The position numbers and the translations under genes were made by a program. From Antedon mediterranea (taxonomy: Eukaryota > Animalia > Echinodermata), in contig NC_092676.1 of NCBI RefSeq assembly GCF_964355755.1, positions 20,354,871-20,418,870 of the forward strand: a stretch of DNA of 64,000 bases, in the 5' to 3' direction. The notes beneath the pieces are model-generated. The model searched no databases and was not told the origin of the DNA. It was given only the letters and a program-made list of their open reading frames with translations. Numbering within the stretch: position 1 is the stretch's first letter; the number at the start of each line of letters is the position of its first letter. This document shows, in pieces, positions 22,003 to 36,200 of this stretch.

Positions 22003-25000
22003 ATGGAAAATGAATTCCAGTTTCCATTCAAGTATAAGGGAACATATTCAAAACTGTCAGTTCCTATTAGCTTCCCATTTGACGCAAGTATCGATGAATT
22101 TGTAGGCCGGTTAATGACCGCACACAACTTGCCCTGTTTCATTCAATCGGGTAGGTGGTGTACTGCCATGCTATATAGCTAGGCATATGCACGAAAGGTT
22201 TTGGTCGTTTCATCCCAATATTAAGATGCATAGTGACTCGTTACTAACTTACTGTCATTCGAGAAACTATGCAGCCATGCATCCATTTAATTAATGTCAT
22301 GTGAGTGGGGTTTGAAATTTAGGTTTATGATGTTAATTTTGGATATCATAATCATCATTTTTTGTTTTTACAAATGTGTTTTTTTGCAAATTATTTCATT
22401 TCAGACCTACAGAACTCGCTGACAAACTTTATTGCCAAAGGGACAGCCAGTTATCATGATTCTTGTGCACAGGAGGCATTGAAAACACTGCAAATTGGTG
22501 ACGATGATATTGGCAATCTTGCAGAAAAATGGGCGAAGTCGTTCACTCAGGTCTGATATCATTTTGGTTGGAACAACCCAGAATTGAGCTATGTTTAGTA
22601 TCATTCTATGATTCTTTTTATTTGGACAAATGGCCAAATTAATTGATTGTTAAATAGTGCTTACTATTGCACTCAATGTGACCCACAATTGTTCAATCAA
22701 ATGACAGGAATTTATTTAGGTGTTATATAATATACATTATTTCACAGGAACATGTTGCATATACTCAAGACTTAAAACCAAAACAAGATGATAACTTCGC
22801 TGAGATCTACCACCAGCTGATTCATTCTCCTGCATTAGAGAGTCTTCTAAACTTAGAGCATACTTATGCAATGGCAGTGCAGGATGTCATCTCAAACAGA
22901 GACCAGGCAATGGCTAAACTACAGGCTAGGTAACTAAAAGGACTTATTATTGCTTGTGTGTGAATTAGTACTACAGTATGTACAGGAGAAAGTTTACTGA
23001 TCTTGTTTCAACTACACTACCTTACTATCTTCAGTTTGAACACACACAGTTAGATTTACAGTATCTTTATAGACTACACTACCTTACTATCTTTAGTATG
23101 AAAACACACTTAGATTTATTTTTATAAACACTGTACCTTTATTATCTTCCGTCTGAACACACACTTATATTTATCTTTATATAGACTACACCACCTTACT
23201 ATCTTTAGTCTTAAAACACACTTAGATTTATCTTTATATAGAAGACTACTGTACCTTTAATATCTTCAATCGAACACACACTTTGATTTATTTTATAGAC
23301 AAGTGAATGAGATGGAAAGAGCTGTGCAGGGACTGGATGTAACACATGATGATTTACAAGTCAATAGACTTGCTGCTCTGCATTTTGAAAACACACAGGT
23401 ACTGTATTATCTTTTGTTTAGCTTTTAAGAAAAAAGATTCTTTATGTAATTAATAAAATGATAACAGTATTTTCAAAATTCTCACCTGAGAAGTGCCGAT
23501 AAAAACCATATAATGTATTTCTTTAGGTAGAACCATCAATTACAAGCCCTCTTTATTTTTGGTGTGACTTTTCTAATTTAAAGCTCTGTCAAACTTTATG
23601 TGATAAAAAAATGTTATGCGCCTATATACAGACATGACGATGTCATATCACTGCCATATATGGGCATATAACTACCTTATTGGGCACATCACACTTTTTT
23701 TTTCAAACTAGTTTGATAGTGTAGACAGCTTTAAATTAGAAAAGTCACACCAAAAAAAAGACACATGATGCCACAATGAATATAAATTCATAAATAAACT
23801 TTTTTAAATTTTAAGCTTGCTGAGGCAAAATGGGCAAATGAATTAATTAATCTGCAAACCAATCAGAAACGAGAATTTAAGGAGTGGGTGTATCGTCTAA
23901 ATGAAGATGTCAAGAACGGTCAAGAAGGTCAAGTGAGGTAAAGTTAGTTGACCTATAATAGTACTTTTAACCAATTTTATACATATTTTATAAATTGAAA
24001 CGCAATTCAACATTTTTGCTGCCATGTTGTAATCTTTTTGTTTATGAATAAATTCAAATGAATGAAAATAAATGAAATATACAAAAATAAGTTCTGTTAC
24101 CTAATTTGAAGATTGTTTTAAACTTCCCACAATAAGAAAGAAAACCACACTTGTAGTGTCTAGTAGATGATACTCCCTAAAATAAATAAAAAGATAGTAA
24201 TACCATAGTGTCTTTTCTTGATTTATTCAGTCGCAAAATCCGAGCAATGTCCGACTCTGCACCGCCACCAGTTGAAGAACAAATCCGAGTGGATGAAAGG
24301 AGAATGGAGGAGAGCTTTACAATTCATCTAGGTAAGTTCTTTTCTATTCAGTGGCAGATCCACGATTTTGAAATTTGGAGCCCAGGACCTGAAATGTTAA
24401 AATAAGGTGCTGAACTTAACCTACTGTAGTGTCCTATCTTTTACATTTTAAGTTTCAAGCCAGGCCTTCCATTACATCGATTATGTTTCTTCTGTATTTA
24501 TGTAACCTCCTAGTAGTGGGTTTGTGTCTCACTCTGTTGTGACATCATTCCATTGAAATATTTTCAGGTGCCCAGATGAAAACGATGCATAATTTAAGAA
24601 TTGTCTGCATGGAGATCCAGGAACTGTGTAAACACAAGCCACTGCGAATAGAGTAAGTGTATTTTTATACTTACCTATATTTGAGTAATAAAAAAGGGAG
24701 CTTGTGGGGACCTAGGGCTATGACCTGCACATATTAATATGTTGTTAATCATTGCCTAGAATGTCCACCAATCAAGTAAGAAAGCACATCTCCAATGTTC
24801 CTGCATTCACACAATGAATTAACATGGCATAACAAGTTTATTTATTTAAGTGAATGTGAATAAAAATTTTCATATAAAAATTTAAAAAATTAAATGCTTT
24901 GCAGTAACACAATAATATATATGTTTAAATTTCAGTGGACGAATCCAACCCCAACCGCAGCGTTTGCAGACAGCCATGTCTCTCTTCTCAAACTCCTTGA

Positions 25001-27721
25001 GTGGTTTAGTATTACTAGTTGACGATAGAGTAAATACATATACCGGTGTTAAAAGAGGTAAATACACTAATTCAATTTAATACTGTGTACATTCATTTCC
25101 TTATACACAGGCATAAAAAGGGTTGTCATAAAATCGAAAATACTGATTGGCTAACTGGAAGTTGATTATTTATTTATTTATTTCAGAATTTGCAACAATA
25201 TGTCAACAATCAACAGACTTTCACTTCCCAGACTTAGAGACACAGATTCGTGTTGCTCAGCAGTACACAACAAAAGCCAACACAAAACGGCAGCTACGTA
25301 AAGCCAACTCAGGTACTAAACTGATTGTTATATTATCTCATTCTCATTGTGAAATAAAGCAAAAACAACAAGTTGATATCAACTTATTTTTATGTATTGA
25401 TAAATCATAGGTAATAAATATATACAAATAATACACAGGACAAACAATTATGATAACAACTTTAGACAAAGAATTTTAAAATAAATACAATGTGAATGTT
25501 TATTTTTTTTGGATCCATCAACTAAAGATAAACTTAACCTCTCAACTATATTTTACTTCTTTATATTTTTTTAAGATTCACCTGCTGGTAGTTGTGCTTC
25601 GCCCTCGGATGAAATTTCAAGTAATCTAAAACAAGGTACAAATGGCAAACTGTGTCTAAGCCTGAGGGGTTTCTTTACTGCACAAGGTTGTTGGGCTAGT
25701 TAAGCATATTTAATATCAATTGCGCTGTTGTTCTAGTTTGATATGGGCATTTAAGCAAACAATCTTGGTACGTTCAAACCCTTAATCATTGTCTACGGGC
25801 TTGCACTCCCACCTAAAAACTTTTTTATTAATATTTTATATTCTTTTATTTTTCCTTTAAATAAATATAATTTGTTTTTCAGGTGATTTTTACATCACAA
25901 AACACTCAAATCTAGCACAAGTACATGTGGTCTTTCATCTAGTAACTAATGACAGTGTGAGGGCGCCAGACTTGAATTCAAGACATCCTGTAATAGTGGC
26001 TCTACGGAGTGTTCTCAAGTGTTGTGTCGATTTTGATGTTCACTGCATCAGCATTCCACTGCTGCTTGTATATGAAATGCATGAGGTAATAGGACATCAA
26101 CATGTTCACATTACAATGGCTTAAGGCTTCTTAGCAACATAGAGATATTATAGTGAACTATAATACCTACCTACACTATAGCTTAAGGCTTCTTAGCAAC
26201 ATAGAGATATTATAGTGAACTATAATACCTACCTATACTATAATATTTCCATATTAGCATTTAATAATTATTATGGGTCTCCTTCTATTTTTTTTTATTA
26301 AAAGAATAGAATTAATAAATATTCATGAAAACAAGTTGTAATTTAAGGTATACACAATTTAATTACTCTTGGTAGTCTAGCACTTGTCGTCACTTATATC
26401 TCACAATGTAATAGGTGATATACACGATGATGGAGAATTCATTACAATTTAAGAGGTCACCTTTAGGTTAAGTTCATTATAATCAAAATATGTATTTAGT
26501 GTTGATTTTTTTATTAACAGGATTTAAGATTATAAGGTCACAGTAGGTGACGCCATTTAAACAGCGTCCTCTAGAATCGTACTCTACATTTTTCTACACA
26601 TTATTCTCTTACAGGAATACAATAAATGCAGAAGTGTCGTGTGCCAAAATGTCTTGGATGTACATTAATCTCTCTCCTCTACAGTATAGAACATAACATA
26701 TTGAGGGCGCACAACTACTTTCTCTAAAAATAACATTTACTCTATTCTATCCCACAATACTTTTTAAAATTTAACAGTTACACGTTTTTTTAAAGTTCTT
26801 TGTCTGTATTCATCAATAGATTTTTTCTTAATACTTTTTTTTGTATTTAGGAAATGACTATTAGTTGGTGTCTAAAGCGAGCAGAGTTGGTACTTAAATG
26901 CATCAAAGGTTTTATGATGGAAATGGCGTCATGGAGTGGCAATCAGAGTCGAACTATTCAGTTTATTGTTCCAAAAGTATGTACCTATCCTACTTTTTTT
27001 TTTTATTGTTGCTTTTTATTCTAAGAATCCTTTAATATACTTAATTCAGTCTTCAGTTACCTTGATCAATAGATGTTTTATAGAAAGTATGTTTAAGTTC
27101 TATATGCGAAAAATTCCCACTAATTTTCGTGTAAATGTGTTTTGTTGGGGACCCCTTTGGAAACAAGCCTTTGGGCTTAAGGGGTTAATTTCTTAAGTTT
27201 AATATTTGTATTTTTCTATGTATTTATTTTCATTCAAATATGCTGTTTCATAAATTTTACTGTTCTTGGAAAGCAATAAATATTACTTACTTTTTCATTT
27301 ACTCACATTAGAAACCTTATTTAGAGGACACCTTTAAGAGCCAACAAATTGTCTCCTTAGTAGAGTGTCCCCTGAATAGTGGTTGACCATAATGTTAAAA
27401 CATACTGTATTTCCCCATGTTTGTTTCACAGGAAATTTTAAATAGAAATGTCTCCTGAATAGGTGTGTTCAACGTTAGGAGTGAGTCAGAGTGGTCTGGT
27501 GTTCTACTGTATTGAAATAATTTTTTGAAAAAAAATCAAAAAAAATTTTAAAATGAATAAAAGAAAAAAATTAAAATCAGTTTTTGTCATAATAAATTTT
27601 TAATTCAAACTTATGTTTTGATTTTGTACAGGGTATTGCTGCCGATCTGTTTGAACAGCTGAGCTCTATGCTACCACAGATATTCCGTATGTCAAGAACC
27701 GTAGATTTGACAAGACAGTAA
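22003..27721 (+). CDS. C12orf4: C12orf4 / FERRY complex subunit 3 homolog (~536 aa, 13 exons)
   Basis: Exons 22003-22150, 22405-22550, 22748-22929, 23299-23398, 23816-23937, 24231-24331, 24568-24652, 24936-25057, 25187-25312, 25576-25635, 25883-26085, 26851-26976 and 27632-27721. Motifs: [119 protein letters not shown]. Confidence 0.93.
23010..23298. repeat. Imperfect ~57 bp tandem repeat (about 5 units) ending at the exon 4 acceptor
   Basis: Recurring ACTACACTACCTTACTATCTT..ACACACTTAGATTTATCTTTATAG. Confidence 0.75.
23581..23731. mobile_element. MITE, AGCTCTGTCTACACTATCAAACT family
   Basis: Same TIR and internal ATATGGGCA/CACATCAC motifs as the copies at 35079, 44520, 46037, 48317, 54159, 54702 and 57064. 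Confidence 0.8.
26119..26241. repeat. ~62 bp direct tandem duplication
   Basis: GCTTAAGGCTTCTTAGCAACATAGAGATATTATAGTGAACTATAATACCTACCTA.ACTATA occurs twice. Confidence 0.85.
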
Positions 27722-30228
27722 CTAGATAAAGGCCTAAGCTTTGTTGTTTTTTTTTTTAAAGAAGTTTGAGTGGTTTCATGGGGCGAGTATAGTATAAAAA
27801 TTATGTAAAAATAATAGCATTAATATAAATTCAGTTATATTATTTATGATAATAATTACAGATTATGCAGAGGAAAATCCCCCCTAAATATGTTGCTGTC
27901 ATAGAACATATAATGAGCTGGAATGAGTGAAGATATTCTTACATTTACTGCATTAATTTGATTTTGAAAATAAAATAATAATATTTGGTTTACAAATGAT
28001 GGGAGAACCCACAATTATTAACAACTATTCTTAAAAAGTGTATATTGTATATTTCCATATAAGAATTCAATATAAATAAAAATATTATATAATTAATATT
28101 TGGATTTTTGAGTTTTATTTAATTATTTTATCACAGGGTTAATTATTTACTGTATCCTGTAAATTTTAATGAATTCTTGAGTTAGGAAAGTTTTGTATTT
28201 TCTTATATGTTCATTACATTCACTAGGCCTACATATAAATTACATATAAGCCTACATTTTTCACAAACAATATTGCAAGACACCTAACAATCCAATAACA
28301 TACAGTTTACATATAAAGCTTATAAAACAAATAGCTTATCCATGTCGTTGCATGTTAAGGATTCCATTGTATTTATGATACACTGAAAGTATTTTCGATA
28401 ATTCATTAGTTGAGTAGCAACGTTTTGACCTTCTATAAATGTTCTTATATGGTACAAACATTTATGAAAATCTCCTGTAGTAATGGTTACACTTTTACAC
28501 TTTTGAAATAATTAACATGTCACAGAATATTTGCTGTGAAAATTTATTTATCAAATCAATAATTATGCTTAAACTTGTCTATAGGGCCTATTAGCATTAA
28601 TTATTAAATTAACTAACTCTAACTTAAATTTTTTTTTCCAATTCATTGACTCTGAACTGTAATATTTAGTCTAAGATGATTGACATAATTTTTACTGAAA
28701 TCAATCTCAATGTCATAATTTTTAATTTGTTGGAAAATTAAAATTTAAAAAAAAAAATAGGAAATTCTTTAAAATACAAACTTATACTTTAATAAAATTA
28801 TCCTACTCCCTCCGCTGTGTCCACGTGAATAAACTGTTCTGTTTTTTTCATGACTTACTTACATTTATTGCAAATATTAAACTATAAGTCAATTATGTAT
28901 TGAATATCGATAGAAAAGTAACAACTCATTTGCTATGTGGTATTCTAAATAAGACATAATTAATTATCAGCGGGAGGAAATCCAATTGGTACAACCAGTA
29001 CAAAAGCAGGATTTGATGAACTTGACTATATAGAGAAAGAGCGAAGATTGAGTGCCTCTCCTTCCTCCTTGAACTTTTTATGTATTTGAGGCCTAGAATT
29101 TGCTAAAATGATATAATTTTTACGTCAGTTATAAAATAAGATCACAGGTGAGATTATGTTTATTGATAAAGTGAATTAGGAATATTCCTGTTTGTTTCCA
29201 CATTTGTGTTATTATTTCTAGGCCGTCTCGGCAGGCACATTTGTTCTCTTGCAAGGCGATCGTTCTCCGCAATCCGTGACTGTATAGAACGTTGTTATGT
29301 GTGCCTTCTTGGGCCTAGCCTAGGTCTTGCAATATAAAGTCTATGACACTGGCACATTCGTTGAAAAATACATACACCTAGCCTAATAGGGTAGGCTAGA
29401 TCAGTTGAATGTATTAATTAAAAAGACAATTAATGCTAATCATAATAATTAATATAATAAAATGCATCAAAAAAGCTGTATCTCAGTCAGGGCCGCATAT
29501 CACAGACGGAATCGTTCCCAGGCCAAATCATCCCGGGCGAAAATTACATAGGACCTAGCAGTGTCCAGTATATCTAATTTTTTTAATGTCATTTTTATTC
29601 TATTAAATGCACAATTGATTCAATGAATTGTATTTGTTTTAAAAAATGTATTACTCATCACTTTTCTTTGCTGTCATCCTTGCAATTCACCATTCCCCTT
29701 ATTAATTACCAACTTATATTTAAATGTAAGTCAGGGTCTTTCACACATGTTTCGGCACAGTTCCGAACCAGCAAATCGTACGTCAATTTGCGTTTTCACG
29801 ACGCTCCACGCCAATTGATATGTGTAAAAAAAAAAAAAATTTCACTTATAAAATGACAAAATAAATGGTTAAATTCAACCAAAAATCTATTGGCTGGCAG
29901 CCAATTTGACCATTTTTTGCTTTAAATTACATTTTCAGGTAAATACATTTTTTTTCCGATTCAATTTTTGGTTAAAGTGGATAACTATTTGTTACATTTA
30001 CAAGAATTATTTTTTCAGGGGGACAATACAGTAGTATAAATGATTGTGCAGTTTTAATTTATATAAAAAATTTAAATTTTCACATTAATCTAAGTTTCAA
30101 TATGTAAGCAATTTGTTGAATCACCCTTTAACCCACCAACCAATGGCCTCAGCTAACATTGTTGTATTTGTTATTTATAATTCATTTTTATTAAAGATTT
30201 CCTGAGATCCTGTCTTTACAACACAAGT

Positions 30229-33200
30229 ATGGTTGTTGAAACACCCTCAAATGTGGTGTTTGTGATCGACGGCACTGCTAACCTTGCTGCCAATTTTGAC
30301 AAATTAAAGACATCCTATATCATACCAACACTAGAGTAAGTTCAAAGTTGAATTTATTTATTTCACATTAGATATATCCTTTTAACACACATACATAATA
30401 CAGTAGAATCCTGACAGCCCTATTCAGCGGACATGAATGAGAAAAACTATATTTTAACACTAAAGAACACTAATTAATATTAAAATAGGTACACTTTGTT
30501 GGGTCTTGAAGGCGTCTACTTAATAGGGGTACTACTGTAATAAATTCAGAGAAATTGATCAAAAGAAATTGCTGGATAAATTCTCCATTCCTCATTTTAC
30601 CAACTTTACTTTGTTGTTGGGCTTAATAAAGCAAATGATTCTATGCCCCTCTGGATGTTCCTTTCCACGTTCTCCTGAGACTTCACATACTAAAATGTGA
30701 AGTATAGGGGGCTCACTTAGCCATATTTTACTGTTTCTCTCACAAAGTGATGTATGTTCGTTTTTATTGTTCTTTATTTTTTCAATCCATAAATTGAACA
30801 ATATAAATATTACAGCATGGCCATTAAAATCAATGGTATGAATTTAATATATACCAATGGAAGATAATACATTTATATCAACAACAATTAATTTTCAATT
30901 GGCCTACAGATAAAGCATCACTTGTTAAAATATGTTACGACAAAATGGCTTTGTTTTTATCTCTTTTTGCTAAAAATTACCTATTATTATCTAACATTTT
31001 TACTGTATTATAACAAAACATAATAATAATGTGAACAGATATATACCAATGTTTTTTGTACGTTCTTGTCAAACGTCCATGTCGTGTTGACATACTGAAT
31101 GATACTGTGGAACTAGATATCAAAACACTACCATTTACCATTTTCTGGTGACCTGATACAGTAAATTGGGGATGGGCTTGTACCTGAGAATCTAAAAATG
31201 TAACTTAATATTAATCCATATGTATATTTATTAGCTTATTATATTGGCCTTTTATTTTGTTGTTTTTAGGCATTTCAATGGTGGACCACTTGTAGAGAAT
31301 GATTTCTGCGGAGATGTAAGTAATTTAAATATTTTAAAATATATTTTAGATAATTGTTTTATCACATCAAATAAAATATTTGATTTTTTTGTATTTTCCT
31401 CGACAGAAATATAGCATAAAAAAACAATATAACTAACAAATATAAAACATTCTTTAAATGATGATAACTAATTTGTATTGACACAATGACCATATTGAAA
31501 AAACCCTTCTTGGGAACACCTCTATTAAGGGGACATTTTCCTGTGAAATGAACAGGGAGTAATTTCGCCAGTGTAGCATAGCAAAAAGCTCTACAAAACA
31601 ACCTTATTGCTACACATGTCTAAAATTGTGTAGCAAAAAATACAATACAAAACTATGTTTCTTGACTCAAAAAATGATATTTTTCCCTGATGAGTAAGAA
31701 GCAGTATACTTAAACACTATTATAGCCACCCCCCATAGACTCCACTAAAAGGAAAACTTTGTTTGGTCCTCTATAGAAATATTATAGTTTACTATGATAT
31801 CTATGGGTCCTGTAAGTGTTCTATTGTTTTTTGTCTTGTGATTAAAAGTGTCAAGAATAATAGACCACTACCCAATAAGATATAAATTTCATATTTTTCT
31901 TGCCATCATGTGATTTGCTTGTTATTGGGTTGTTGTAGTTTCACATTTAATTTCCTACCATATTAAGATTATTTAAAGCAAGTGAAAATATTAAAAACAG
32001 CTGCATTTCCTTTATTTATTCACAGTTCATTGACGATTGTACACTATTATAGTACAATACATCATTGTTTCTTTGTGGTAGTTATGATCCAACACGGATC
32101 TGTTTTTCTGGTGGGAGTCAACTTTCAGCACAATTTTTAGTGTATTTTATGTAATTACTGTAGGTGAAATAATATTTAAAACAAATCTAATGTTCTACTG
32201 TACATTATAAATTGGATTTAAATTGTTATTTCATACTAATATCATTGTGCAATTTCCACATTGTATAAGAAAGAAATAAAGTCTGACCATTATACCTCCA
32301 TGGTCTGACAATATAATTTCCTCATCTTGGGGAGCAAGCTTATAGCCAGGTGGGGTTCGAGGATCCAAACAAACCCCCAATTTTTCCTAAAGTTCGCTTT
32401 TCAAAGTAGAAACCATCAGCGTAAGTGGTGGTAAACAACGTTACACTGTAGCTTTACAACATGAGCTCATGACAATTTTTGCACCTTTTTATGGAAAATC
32501 AAACCTTCTCCCTTTTCTTTTATTTCTGGCAACAGGCTTGGGGAGGTTCATTACTTAATACATTAGTATGGCACCACAAGTATGGAAAATTAATTGTAGA
32601 TAAGCCATGTTGTCATTAACATTTATATACTGTAGTGCCCATTTCTATGAAAAGCTCATATTCAGCGGTGCTTAACATACTTTCATAACATTGGTTAAAA
32701 TAAAAAGTACTTTGAATGTTTGTTTTTAAACTGATAATTAGTCATTCAAATGTTTAATGTAAATGGTACACTGTTCTTTATTCTTGGTCCAGCAAAGGTA
32801 CACCAATGGTCAGTCTTTTGTTTGTGGGATTGTTATCTTAACATCACTAGTACTAGACTGTTTACTGCGCGGTATAAAAAGAAAGTCTCAAAGTAACTTG
32901 GTGCGGAACGTTTAAGTGAACGCCAAATGAGGAATGTTATAATATGTCATAAGTTTAATACATGTGTAGTTGTTCTTAAATGTGTCATTGTGACATTGAC
33001 TTCATGTTTAATTTGTCAGATATTTGCCATTATGATTTCTGATAAAAGTTATCATGATTTCTGGGTTATCTATTGCTGTACTCTTTTTCTTTCTTTCTTT
33101 CTTATTATTCAATTCAGTATATATTAATTTAACCCTCACTACAAATTACAATAATTTAATTATGAACTCTCCATGTAGCAGATGTTAGTAATAGAGAAAA

Positions 33201-36200
33201 AGAAGGATGCGAAACTGTACTGTACTGTAGGGTTGAAACAACAACATACTCACTGTGTTTCTTTCCAGGATCTATTAGAGCCTTAAATATGATGTAGACA
33301 CTTTTTTTTTGTAATGTTTTTGTTTTTGAGTTCGTGTTGTGTCCGTTGGATATTGTGCTCCGCCAACAGAGCAAACAGAATTTCTATGTTTTTCCTAAAA
33401 CAAATGATAATAAATGATACTTGACTTGACTTGACTTGACTTGACTGCTCTAACAACTAAATCTAACATATTTTTCTAGTGTAAACTCATTGTACTCTTA
33501 GTAATTTTAAATTCATTTAAATATTATAAGATAATATTGTATACTTTAGTATTAACTTGACATAGCTATGGTATAGTTTACTTGCATGCTACTTGGAGGA
33601 AGTGTTGGTTATTTGCCAAGTAAAAATTGTCCAGATTTGTATGGAAAATTTTGAGATTAGTTCAAGGATTTTAAAATAGGACAAATAGTATACAGTATCA
33701 GATGTAATGATATTGGACAGGTGTTGGCAAAAAATAATTGTTTACTAGTTATTAACTAAGGGCCTGTTTAGACCTACAGATTTATGCTTTTGTATCATAT
33801 GTGGCGTACAACTCAATAGGTCTGTCTGAACCAGGAAAAGATTAGTTAAAGCCACCTCTATACTGATCTTTCGTTTGTTACGACGGCTCAAGGTACAATA
33901 TTAGTGAATTACGATATAAAAAACAGGCATCAACGATTTTGACCTCTAACCAATCAAATTTAATCCTGCACACTAGATGTTCGCCCAAATTGGTGACACT
34001 TCAGTTTCTAATGAAAGCGTTGGTTAAGCGAGTTGGTTAACACTTTGCTGTTATGATGCAAATTATGATACGACATTGCTTGTGATACGAAAGCATACAG
34101 TAACTCCATGGATCTGAACATACCCTTAGTCTCCTTAATATGACCAATATCGCCACAAATTAAATCTATTTACTAATTTACCTGTACTCTACGCAAATAG
34201 TGAAGCTGTAGCTGGGTGGTTAACATGCTTGCCTTCCAATCCCAAGGTCCAGGGTTCAATTCTGACCTAGTGCCAGAGTTGTAACTCCACTCCCTAAGCA
34301 TCAAATGAGACTTGTAGTTTATAAGCAAGATAGATTATAAATTTAGTTTTTCCATCCTTGGCAAGTTATTCGCTATTGGAAGCTTATGAAATAAATAAAA
34401 AACAACCAGTTTGAATAAAAAAACTGTTCTTATGTGCCTTTGAGTTTTTGTTCATGCTCACTTAGAGCTTTGAGCAATAGATGTTTCCTCCATTTTTTCA
34501 CAATTTTAGACTGATGGAAACTCATTTCCGTGCATGTATTCACGGTTTGTCATTTTCTTGTCATAATTCATAAAAATTATTAACTGAACACAATTACTGT
34601 AAGGATAATAATACAATTTTATAAAGTATCAATATCTTTATATCTTTACTGCTTTATTTATAAAATTACATTTTTTTTTAATATAACCAATAGTAATATG
34701 CTGGTAATATTTTGCCAAGTACTTCACTCATTTTCTTTGTTTTAATATTAGAGAGAGTGTTTATTAAATTGTTCATTTGGATGGCAAACATAAAAAAGGA
34801 AACAGAACTTTTCACATGTGGACCTACACACATGTTTGCTCAAAAATGTACAGAGTGGCCAACACAGATGTGCAATGTCTAACGACGATTAGCGTTTAAG
34901 ATGATGATGATTTTGGTTGTTGTTTTTTTTTATAGTATGGAGGTAATATCTATTGCTTAGTGATATATCATAGCATTGATCATCTTCCTGAACCAACAGT
35001 GTCATTTTACACACCCACTAGCAACGCCTGGCAATTTCTGAAATGGATTGAAGATATACCGTAAGTATTCACATTTTAAAGCTCTGTCTACACTATCAAA
35101 CTAATTTGACAAAAAAGTGTGATGTGCCCAAATATGGTAGTGATATGCCCAAGTATGGTAGTGATATGCTCAAATATGGTAGTGATATGATCAAATATGG
35201 TAGTGATATGATCATCATGTCCATATGGGCACATCACGTAAAGTTTGATAGTGTAGACAGAGCTTAACAAATATATTTTCCAATAACATTTATCAACAAA
35301 CTCTGTCCATAAACGAGAATAAAGTACATGAATATGAAATAAAGGATTGAAAGCATATTCCTGAAAAAAATGATTATAAAAACCCTGTGTGTTGGGTAAA
35401 CCTAAATAAATTGAATGAAAATAAATAAATAAATAAAAAAATTGAAATATTATAATCTAAAAAGAACTAATTAACTATAGAGGACTTTGAGAGAGCGTCC
35501 TCTGCACACTCCAGCTGATAGACATCTGCAAGGTCAGTCAAAACATGGAGGTAAAGGAAATGAAAACTGAAGTAGAATGAAAAAAAAAAAAAAGTTGATG
35601 CAATTATAAGAAAATATGTATGTAAAGAAATGAATAATGTGTTAATTAAAGAAATAAGATTATAATAAGAAAGTATATTAATTAACTATTAAAAAATAAA
35701 AGCTAAAATATGTATGTAAACATTATTTAGAAAGACAATGAAAAAAGTTAAAATATGTAAAGAAATGTACTACGACATAACAATGTTATTTGTTAAGAGA
35801 AATAAATGTACTGTATGGAAATAAAAGTGTGATGACCCCATCTAATTGTAAGACAAATAAAAAAGAAAGTAACGCAAAGAACGACCCACTTCATTTTTCT
35901 TTATTGCCGTAATGAATTATCCATTTGTTGTTGCATACGAATCTGAACATTCAGAATCGTGCCCAAAATATTTAGTCGCTCATGCAGATTTGTTTATTTT
36001 CTAAGGACACACAGACAAACTGTGAGCACCTTGGCAAAGGTAAAACAATTATAGCTAAATTATAATACAATTACCAATTCAAATATTTTGAACTATTAAA
36101 AAATGAAAATGTATTTATTTAAATTTTTAATGACATGAGCTGAAAATGTTCATAATTTTTTCCATTTATGTTCAATTAATTAATTTATTTAGGATTTTAA

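Noticed and set aside
34200-34275. tRNA genes here and at 16763, 4429 and 51218
   Set aside because: A/B boxes are present but the cloverleaf is incomplete and the sequence continues into a shared body and A-rich tail, so these are SINEs.
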